Below are positions 31,157-40,200 of a stretch of DNA of 64,000 bases, in pieces. The notes below the pieces were generated by a model that was given only the letters and a program-made list of their open reading frames with translations, ran no database searches and was not told the DNA's origin. Positions within the stretch are counted from its first letter, which is position 1. Every line of letters starts with the position of its first letter. A program made the position numbers and the translations under genes. Source of the DNA: a virus (taxonomy: Duplodnaviria; Caudoviricetes); the IMG/VR virus record IMGVR_UViG_3300035497_000279, positions 1 through 64,000 of that record; one strand, 5' to 3'.

Positions 31157-31852
31157 ATGAAATTTGAAATTAATGTTCCAGAAAATGTATCAAAAGTATC
31201 TGTAAATATAGGTGGTAAAAATACTGATATTTATAATGATGCTGCACCCGTTCAATTACCTAATAATCATAAAAAACTTAATCTTGATAGACTTGATTAT
31301 ATCGGTAAGTTAGTTAAATTTAATTTTGCTGGTAGTCCGATTTATGGTATTACGTTAGGTTATACAGACACTAGATATGCAGAGATTATAACATTAGATG
31401 CTATAGCAAAATTTCCTATGGTTACAACCGATAATGTATCATTGATTGAGGAACTTCGTGGACCATTGTTTGTTGACAATCTTCAAAATAAACTTGTAAA
31501 AAAGTTAGCAACTGTATGTGATGATGTCACACATTTTGTTACTGTGCCACAGTATAAGGATATTTTTGGCGATCCTACTGATCCATTGTTCCCTACACCA
31601 ATGGCTACTAGAGATTTACAAAAAACCAGATTTATCAGAACAGGTGATTATATATCATATTGGCTTGAAGATTTTGAAAATTTTGACGAGCATAGATATA
31701 AAGCTGTAACATATGATGGTAGAGAATCTTCATGTGACGAAACTATTCATATGGGGGTGCGTGTCAAATTTGGTCTTATGTGTAATATTTATGATGAAGG
31801 GCTTGTTGTGCAGGATAAATCAGAAATAAAGAAAGCATTACATATAAAGTAA
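31157..31852 (+). CDS. Hypothetical early protein (paralog of 30193..31056)
   Basis: Same shared motifs; own TATATTATA promoter at 31109-31117. Confidence 0.75.
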   Translation: MKFEINVPENVSKVSVNIGGKNTDIYNDAAPVQLPNNHKKLNLDRLDYIGKLVKFNFAGSPIYGITLGYTDTRYAEIITLDAIAKFPMVTTDNVSLIEELRGPLFVDNLQNKLVKKLATVCDDVTHFVTVPQYKDIFGDPTDPLFPTPMATRDLQKTRFIRTGDYISYWLEDFENFDEHRYKAVTYDGRESSCDETIHMGVRVKFGLMCNIYDEGLVVQDKSEIKKALHIK

Positions 31853-32008
31853 TCTAATACAAAATTATTTTACTTCCCTCAGCTTACAGTTTATGATAGT
31901 TTAGAATACCATAAAATGTCTAGAAGATAAATATTGTATTAATCCACATCAAGTAGTGAGAGTAATTATACAGGTAGCCTAAATTGGCTACCTGTAATAT
32001 CTTGTGTT

Positions 32009-32311
32009 TTATTTTTTTATTGTTATGCATAACAAATCGCCATTTAGGAATATTTCGGGCGTATATGTTTTGCCATATATCATCAAAGAAGCCGAAGCGG
32101 ATTGGAATCTTTTAATTAATCTATCTTTGTTCTCATCGTTTAATTTGATTGAGTACATGATAGACGCTTCGTTTATGGATATGTCGTTTAATGATACGAA
32201 ATCCACTCCTTTGAGTAAATCATATACAAGCATGTGTTGTTCAAAATAGTCTTTAAATACGGCAGCAACAGTACTAGCCGGAATATCCTTTACAAATTCT
32301 ATGGTATTCAT
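32009..32311 (-). CDS. Hypothetical late protein
   Basis: SD GGAGG; ATGA overlap with the upstream small ORF. Confidence 0.7.
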   Translation of the reverse strand: MNTIEFVKDIPASTVAAVFKDYFEQHMLVYDLLKGVDFVSLNDISINEASIMYSIKLNDENKDRLIKRFQSASASLMIYGKTYTPEIFLNGDLLCITIKK

Positions 32312-32481
32312 GTTAATGCCGCCTCCATTTCATCTTCAAGAACTTCAGCATTATGTTGTTCTTGACCTTCTTTATCTTTCTGTTGACGCTCAGCGATCAA
32401 ATACAGTGAGTTTATATATGATAGAGGAAGATACATCATTTCAGTAAATGAGCTTCTCCCTCTATAATATGTGCAAAGCAT
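32308..32481 (-). CDS. Small ORF missed by the track, possible -1 frameshift extension of the upstream gene
   Basis: MLCTYYRGRSSFTEMMYLPL...EAALT, 57 aa; the frame is open back to about 32537. Confidence 0.65.
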   Translation of the reverse strand: MLCTYYRGRSSFTEMMYLPLSYINSLYLIAERQQKDKEGQEQHNAEVLEDEMEAALT

Positions 32482-32492
32482 TTCTATTTTAG

Positions 32493-34172
32493 TTATAAAC
32501 TCTTGATTTGGGCCAACTGAGCTCGTGTAAAAAGCAAGTTAAGCATTGAATCAACAGCCTCCTCAGGAATTTCCTCTCCGCACTCAGGACATTCAGCTGC
32601 TGGATAAATATAAGTAACCTTTGGATCTTCAATAAGGTTCTCAAGTTTACCAGTTAAAATATTATACTGATCTGTAGAAAGAGTCTTAAGGAGTTTTACA
32701 TAAGTTTTAAGCTTAGAAATGACTGTCTTATTAATATTTCCAGGATATTCTTTAATAGCCATTCTTACAAGTTCCTTAGATTCTCTATCAATCTTAAAGA
32801 ACTGATCTACATAAGCCATAGTGTTAAGAATATCAGAATACTTCTGAGTAATTTCTGGTTTTAATGTAGAGTACTGAACGAATGTACTATATAATGTAGC
32901 AGGTAAGAAAGAGATAACGTAATCATCAGAGATCTGCATAAGTGTTCCTTCAATCTCTTTAGTTGGTGTAGTAGAATCCATAGAACGAATAGTGTCGAAT
33001 TCTGCTTTAACTTCATCACTTTCAAACTTAACCATCTTATATACATCAGTCTCAATCAATGATGTCTTATTACAAGTCTTACTATCATGCGTACGAGCCA
33101 TAAGATTTGAATCCCCATAGCAAGCTAAATATAAACCAAAATATAGAGACTCAATATCTTCTGTACGAATCATTTTAGTCCATGCTTCAAATGAAGGTTT
33201 GTCTGCATCAATGATATGATTATAGATAAATCTTAATGAAGCAATAACTCCATTGACACCATTACTATTTCTAATAGTTTTTCTAAGAGCATCTAACTCT
33301 GGACCATCGCATTCAAAGAATGTTACATTCCTCTTAGTGTAATATAGTGCCCAATCTGCTTTCTTTTTTGTGGCTTGAACGTTATTATCATCTAATAACC
33401 TAGATGCTGATACTGGCTTTTCTCTAATCTTATACTGAGAGAAATCAATAGGATCTTTAGAAGATACAATAGAACCCATACGCTCTTTGAACTTTGCTCT
33501 AAGTTCCTCAGGTGTTTCTTCCTCATCATCCTTAACATCATATGCTTCATCTGCTGCATTAAGATCATTTAATAAACCATCAAGATCATCATCCCCATTA
33601 TCATTAATAGATGCTGGAATCTTAGTAGTTTTCTCCACTACTTTTGGTTTATCATTATCAGACTGTTGTGCTTCTTGAGAAGCTTGCATATTCACTGGAG
33701 CTGGTTTAGAAACTTCTGGTTCTGGCTGCTCTTCTACTGAAGAATCTTCATCATCATCTAATAACTCATTATCGAGTTCATATTCAATCTCATCTAAACT
33801 CTTAGTATTATTTTCAATTGATTCTTCATTTTCTTCAGTATCTTTTTCAAATTGCTCTTGTTCTACAGCTTCTTTAACCTGTTCAACCATTCTATCAGCA
33901 TTAGCCTTTTTCTCAGCAATAGTTCTATCAAGAGAACTAAATGCGTCAGTTATAATTTCAGGATTAATTTTCTCTGAAGCCTGCTTTTTAGCTGCACTTT
34001 CTTCAGGATGCATAATTTCTAATTCCTTACCAAGTTCAGCCATACTTACTGGCTTCATGGTTTCTGGTGCATGAGGAGTATTTTTAACCTCACTTTTTTG
34101 GTTATTAGTTGTAGTCTTCTGCTGATGTGCTACAGATTTACTCAGAGCGTCCAATGATATTTCTTTACCCAT
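32493..34172 (-). CDS. Putative baseplate hub/tail assembly protein (T4 gp26-like C-terminal part, acidic N-terminal part)
   Basis: D..SL.FG...ACYG and C-terminal CPECG...LLF; adjacent to a gp25-like gene. Confidence 0.5.
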   Translation of the reverse strand: MGKEISLDALSKSVAHQQKTTTNNQKSEVKNTPHAPETMKPVSMAELGKELEIMHPEESAAKKQASEKINPEIITDAFSSLDRTIAEKKANADRMVEQVKEAVEQEQFEKDTEENEESIENNTKSLDEIEYELDNELLDDDEDSSVEEQPEPEVSKPAPVNMQASQEAQQSDNDKPKVVEKTTKIPASINDNGDDDLDGLLNDLNAADEAYDVKDDEEETPEELRAKFKERMGSIVSSKDPIDFSQYKIREKPVSASRLLDDNNVQATKKKADWALYYTKRNVTFFECDGPELDALRKTIRNSNGVNGVIASLRFIYNHIIDADKPSFEAWTKMIRTEDIESLYFGLYLACYGDSNLMARTHDSKTCNKTSLIETDVYKMVKFESDEVKAEFDTIRSMDSTTPTKEIEGTLMQISDDYVISFLPATLYSTFVQYSTLKPEITQKYSDILNTMAYVDQFFKIDRESKELVRMAIKEYPGNINKTVISKLKTYVKLLKTLSTDQYNILTGKLENLIEDPKVTYIYPAAECPECGEEIPEEAVDSMLNLLFTRAQLAQIKSL

Positions 34173-34187
34173 CTTTAATTCCTCCTA

Positions 34188-34577
34188 TTAAATTAATAAT
34201 TCATCTAACACATGGGTTACCCCAGCATCAAGATCATCAGTTTCTGTATTATAAGCCAATGTATAAGCTCCTTCAGAAGTATTGATTATAATTCCAATAG
34301 AATGATCCTTAAGCATACCCACCTTAATCTCAGTAGAGTATAACCATGGTAAATAAGTTTCTATTTGATTACTTATGTTATTTTGTAATTCTTGGATCAT
34401 ATTCTCTTCATTATTGAATCTATACTTACTCTTTATACCTACACCCATTTCTGGATGTGATTGGAACTTCCCAGGCTCTAATAATATGATATACATAATA
34501 TGTACGTATGCCGCATCTGCTTTATCAAATACTTTTGGCATACCAAAAACATTTTGAGATAATACATGAGCCTGCAT
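34188..34577 (-). CDS. Baseplate wedge protein, gp25-like
   Basis: LEPGKFQSHPEMGVGI and IETYLP motifs; late promoter at 34600-34611. Confidence 0.6.
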   Translation of the reverse strand: MQAHVLSQNVFGMPKVFDKADAAYVHIMYIILLEPGKFQSHPEMGVGIKSKYRFNNEENMIQELQNNISNQIETYLPWLYSTEIKVGMLKDHSIGIIINTSEGAYTLAYNTETDDLDAGVTHVLDELLI

Positions 34578-34711
34578 ATTAAGTACCTCCTTTAGATATT
34601 AATTTAAAGTTGCGGTAGTAAAAATTTACACAGCACAAAATACTATTAAATTATATATTATAATAGTGATCATAATTTAAAATCAAAATAAAATTAAGGA
34701 GGAAATAAATT

Positions 34712-35269
34712 ATGGGAATGATATTTAATCCAAATATAAATGATAATAACGCTTCATTATCATTTATTGTAGAATTTACACAGGAATGAGCGTTATTAGA
34801 ACAATTTAACGTTAAAGAAACTATGGACGATAAAACTAAAAAGAAGATTAATCGTAATATTATGATCGATAATCAGATTAATCAGCATGGTCCAAGAATG
34901 AAGGTTTCAAAAGAAAATAGTAGGGTAACTACAGATCATAAAAGTACCATATCCATTTATGTCTCAAAAGAGAAGTATGACATCAATGGAAATCCAGATT
35001 TCGAATATGGTCATATTGGGAATTTAAAGAATATAAAACTAAGTAATAAAGAATATAAATATTTGTGCGATATGTACGGTAGGAATTACAATTTAATCAA
35101 GATGGTAAATTCTAATAATGCCAAACAATGCGAAAAAGCAATGATAAATGATGAGCATCTTTATCATAAAGGAACGAAATATAATAGAGATGAGAATGGA
35201 GTTTTAACAGTGTATGATAGCAAAGGTAATATACATCACAGAGAAAATTTGGAAGGAGATATAATATGA
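34712..35269 (+). CDS. QHGPR-motif protein A1; in-frame TGA at 34787-34789 (ORF track starts at 34823)
   Basis: AAGGAGG SD before ATG 34712, in frame with 34823; paralog of 35723..36310. Confidence 0.6.
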
Positions 35270-35709
35270 TAGTATGTGACAGCCTTATATGCACTAGTGG
35301 TAATCATATGTATTCGCAAAATAGTCCTTATTTGTATATAGGAGATTCTCTTCTTGAAACTGATGAAGATGGATGGAAATATCCAAATAAAGAAGAATTA
35401 GAGTATAGAATACAACAAGCACGACTTCTTGATACGCGTTGTGCATTAATGAATGCTAGAAAAGCAATGCCTATATTTAGATTTATTCCTAAAAAGAAAA
35501 TAAGTATTTTTAGTTTAGTATGGTTTATTTCTGATGAAAAGAAAGATGCTATACTTGTATATTTTGTAGATATTAAAACTGGTAAGTATATTCAGTTATT
35601 TACATCATGTGCAAATTGGTATGCTTCAAAAAAGGATTATTTTGAAGATAAATGCCATAATGATTATGACGATATAGTAGAAGAAAAACTTGGTATTAAA
35701 TTAAATTAA
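35266..35709 (+). CDS. Partner protein B1
   Basis: ATGA overlap with A1; KYP...ARK.M..FRF motif shared with 36307 and 36747. Confidence 0.75.
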   Translation: MIVCDSLICTSGNHMYSQNSPYLYIGDSLLETDEDGWKYPNKEELEYRIQQARLLDTRCALMNARKAMPIFRFIPKKKISIFSLVWFISDEKKDAILVYFVDIKTGKYIQLFTSCANWYASKKDYFEDKCHNDYDDIVEEKLGIKLN

Positions 35710-35722
35710 GGAGGTAGAAGTT

Positions 35723-36310
35723 ATGATATTTGATTATAATGAATTTCAAACAAAAATTTTAACGGAAGGAGAAATAGTTAATTTATTAACAGAAGATATG
35801 CAGCATGGCATAATTCTAAAAGCTACTTTAAATGAGAATCAGATTATATTAGAAAAATTGGAATCTGAGGATTTAGGGTTGCCTGTAAAGGGTGGTAAAT
35901 CTAGAATCATTATGATAGGAATGACAGGAAATCAGCATGGTCCTAGAATAAAGATATCTAAATATGGAAAAGGAATAAAGCGTAACGATAAGAAAAGCTA
36001 TGTTGGATTATATACAAAGGATGAGCCTACAGGTAATGATAAGTTTTATTTTGAGGGTGATCCTAAGAATGTAGATCTGCGTGGAGAAGAATTAAAGTCT
36101 TATGAAGATATATTCATACGGAATTATAATCTCATTAGATTAGCTCAGGATTCTAGTAATCTTGATGATTGCGAAACTGCGTTGCTTAATGATGAAAAGC
36201 TTTATCGTGATGGAGTTAAGTATGAAAGAGACAAATTTGGTACATTGATTGTTTATGATGATAAAGGTAATATATCTTATAGAAAAAATTTAAAGGATGA
36301 TAAAATATGA
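35723..36310 (+). CDS. QHGPR-motif protein A2
   Basis: NQHGPRIKISK, RNYNLI, NDE.LY..G.KY.RD..G.L.VYD.KGNI shared with A1. Confidence 0.78.
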   Translation: MIFDYNEFQTKILTEGEIVNLLTEDMQHGIILKATLNENQIILEKLESEDLGLPVKGGKSRIIMIGMTGNQHGPRIKISKYGKGIKRNDKKSYVGLYTKDEPTGNDKFYFEGDPKNVDLRGEELKSYEDIFIRNYNLIRLAQDSSNLDDCETALLNDEKLYRDGVKYERDKFGTLIVYDDKGNISYRKNLKDDKI

Positions 36311-36735
36311 AGGTATTTATACAAACTACTTGCTCATATAAGAGCCATGCTTATAATAGCGAAATTGACGTTCAAACAAAAGCAGATAATGAGGGTACTG
36401 TTATAACTATTGATAATAAAAAATACCCAACAGATAAAATGCTTAGATATTGCATGAAGCAAGCAGATATAACTGCTAAATACCATTTAGATGAAGCTAG
36501 AAAAGAAATGTTTTATCTTAGGTTTGTACGTAAGAATAAACTTAATTTGTTTTCACTAATTATATTTGTATTTGATGATGATGAAGAATGGTTAACAACA
36601 TACTTTTATGATCATAAGTCTAAGAAAACCATACAGATATTTATGTCACATAATGATTTTATGTCTTCAGATTTATCTGAAATTTATGGCAATATATCAG
36701 ATGCCGTTACTCAGTATGGAGTAACGGTAAATTAA
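36307..36735 (+). CDS. Partner protein B2
   Basis: ATGA overlap with A2; paralog of B1. Confidence 0.75.
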   Translation: MKVFIQTTCSYKSHAYNSEIDVQTKADNEGTVITIDNKKYPTDKMLRYCMKQADITAKYHLDEARKEMFYLRFVRKNKLNLFSLIIFVFDDDEEWLTTYFYDHKSKKTIQIFMSHNDFMSSDLSEIYGNISDAVTQYGVTVN

Positions 36736-36746
36736 GGAGGTGTAAT

Positions 36747-37178
36747 ATGGTATATAAGATAGAATTATTTTGTGAAGGTAAGAATAGTCTATTTACTGCA
36801 ACTTATGACCCAATGCTATTACCAGATAGTATGATAGAAATAAGAGATGGTATGCAGTATCCTACAGATTTCGGATTTAGATATGCTACTAGAGATTATA
36901 TAAACAAAGGGGATGATATAATAAAAGCTGCCAGAAAAGAAAATTGGCGTATGAGATTTATACCAAAAGATAAACTTCATACTTATATGCTGCTATATTT
37001 ATTCTCTGAAGATAAAGGTGGAAAAGTATTAGTATATTACTATAATTTTACTACAAAGAAAACGCTTGAACTATATACTATAGATACTGACTGGTTTACA
37101 AGACCTTCAGAAGATGCTTGGCCATATCCGTGTTTAAGTTATATATTAGAATCTGTTTTTGGAATTAAATCCAAGTAA
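36747..37178 (+). CDS. Partner protein B3 (orphan)
   Basis: QYPTD...ARKE...RFIPK motif; followed by a terminator. Confidence 0.75.
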   Translation: MVYKIELFCEGKNSLFTATYDPMLLPDSMIEIRDGMQYPTDFGFRYATRDYINKGDDIIKAARKENWRMRFIPKDKLHTYMLLYLFSEDKGGKVLVYYYNFTTKKTLELYTIDTDWFTRPSEDAWPYPCLSYILESVFGIKSK

Positions 37179-37274
37179 TTAATAGAGCGTGGTATAATAA
37201 CCACGCTCTTATACCACATTTATTTTTACCCAAGACATCAAAGTAAATTATTTTTAGTAGGAGGTGTGTTATAT

Positions 37275-40200
37275 ATGTCTAGTAAAAGATATAAATGCCC
37301 ATATTGTAATGAGCGATTAGATAGAGCTAAACTTATAAAACACGTAGATAAATCGCATCAGGAATTAATTCCTGATACTTTTACCGCTACACAAGTAGTA
37401 TATAACTCGGTAAATAAAACTACTGGAGGAAAATGTAGAGTATGTGGTAGACTTACTAAGTGGGATGAATCTAAAGGTCGTTACGAAGTATTATGTAATG
37501 ATCCTAGATGTAAACAGAAGTTAAGAGATGATTATAAGAAGAATATGCTTAGAGTTAAAGGCACTTATAATATTCTTAATGATCCTGAACAACAGAAATT
37601 AATGCTTGCCAATAGATCTATATCTGGCGAGTATCAATTTCAGGATGGTGGTAAAGTTGGTTATACTGGAAGTTATGAGAAGAAGTGCTTAGAGTTTATG
37701 GATGTAGTCATGAATATTAAGTCTGACGATATCATGTCTCCAGGACCAACGATGGAATATGAATATAATGGTGAGAAACATGTCTATATTCCTGACTTTT
37801 ATTATATTCCGTATAACCTCATTATTGAGGTTAAAGATGGAGGAAGTAACAAGAACGCTAAAGACTCACCAAGTATGAAAGCTTCTAGAGAAAAGACTAT
37901 AGAGAAGGAAAGGTTAATTACAGATAAGGGAGTATATAACTACGTTAGATTAACCGATAATCAGTTTGCTCAATTAATTGAAATATTTATGGATATTAAA
38001 GAGAAATTGATTAATGGTGACCCATCTAAGACTGTTAGAGTAAATGAGAACACTGCTGATATATTAATGGAGAATGTATTTGAAGAGGCTGGGTTTATTG
38101 GTGGAAAAGAGCTTAAAGAATCAGTATTTATAGAATCAGAAAATCCTACAAGATATTTTGTATCTGATAAGGAATTATCAAATGCTCCAGTAGGAGGAAA
38201 TGAAAATCCAGTAAGTGCAATTTGTTTATATGCTAGTAGAAATATTGGTAATTCTTATTCAACTAAAGACGGTATAAATACTACAGTTAGGTCTAAATTT
38301 AAACAACAGGTGTATTTCTATAAATTCAATACAAATGATAGAAGTTTTGATTTGGAATACTCTGGAACTTTCGAAGATCTCTGTGATAAGAAAGGTATTA
38401 AGATTAAAGAAATCAATGATGCCAGAAAGAATAATCATATTAATGCTTATAAACAAGCTGTACAATTATGCAAACAAGAATTGCAGAAGAATAAAGCTAT
38501 AAATAAGCATGTTAAGTTCCCTAGTACTGGTGATAATTTAGATAGATTTTCTGCTGAGGTTGGCGATATAACAATTTTTTGTATAAATTCAAAAACATCA
38601 AATAATGATAATGATGAATTTAAAGAGAAAGTTATTAAGCCAGTAGCAAAAATGATGACTGAAGTAAATAAACAATTACCAGATGGTTATAGCATGGATA
38701 TTAAGCCATGCTATATCAAAGGTGAAGGTTATACGTATGCACTAAAGACTACAAATAATCTTAAAGAAGCTGCTGTTATAACTGAAGGAGTAATGTTTGC
38801 ATTTGCTGGAATTGTACTTGGAATAACTGTTTTAGCAGAATTAGAAAAAGCATTTAAGAAAGCTGTTAATACGTACTATGTTTATATGGTATCTGATAAA
38901 GAGCTTAAAGAAATTCCTAAGTATGGTTGTGATTCAAAAAGAGCAGCATTAGTACAATATGGATATTATAATCTTAATTTCCGTAAAGGAGATAAAAATA
39001 TTTTATATGAAGATAAGAGTACGGGAAATGTATCTAAGAAAGTTTATCTTTATAAATTTAAGAAAGACTCTCTTATTCTTGTAGACTATGGTCCATTTGA
39101 TATCTTATGTGCTTCAAATAAAATCGAAATAGAACCATTTGATAAATCTAATAGTACAAAGAATAAAGATACCGCAGATAAAGCAATAAAATATTTGTAT
39201 AATTATATTAATTCTAAATCTGATATTATTTGTGGTGAAATAAATTGGTGCAAAGTTCATAAAGATTATAGTTGGAATAATGCTAAAGATAGAGACACAA
39301 AATTATTTCATCTAGATCTTACCAATAAAAATTTAAAGCAAGTTAATGGAGATATCAGAAATATTCTTAAATCGTGTGTAAATTATACTAATAAGAAACT
39401 TCCTAAGGATTATAAACTAATATTGAAATATGGTACTGGAGACGTTGATTGTTTATTATTATATGCCGGTAAGAAAAGAACTGAAGAATCATTTAAAGAA
39501 TCTTTGCTTGAATCTAAAAATGAACCATTTTATTTCTATCATTTAGTACCAAAGGGCGCTAATGTATCTAATGGCATTACTAGCTTAGAATATCAATATA
39601 ATCATAATATAGATGATTTCTTAAATAATTCAAATAAATACAGAGCTAGATTATGTAATGGCTGGGGTATTTATCCAGGAATCAATCCAAATTCTTTATC
39701 TTATAGTGATATTCATGATGGCATAAATCAACACAGAAATTCAGTAGATGGATGTAATAAAATTTACTTATTCAGATATGCTCCATATAAAGAACTTGGT
39801 GCTCAAATGAAGAAGATTCTATCAGGAAAAGATATTTATAGAGTCGATGTAGATAGACTTTTAAAAGATGGAGTAATAACTTCTATTGATTATGGCTATG
39901 TAGATTCTAATACTGATAATGATAGATTAGATGAAGATTGGTATAGGAATATATCTTATGAGGATTATTTTAAGAATTATACAGAATCAGATCCTGATCG
40001 TCTATTATTTAGTTATATGAATCATATAAGTGTTACACCTAAGGATGGAGTTATTCCTAAGAAATATTTAACCAAAATCAATAACTATAATAAAATATCT
40101 GAAGGTGCAGGATTAATGATTCAAAATTATACATGCTATGAATGTAATTATACTGCTGATGAGACTGAAGTACAATTTGATCAACATCCAGATTATAATA

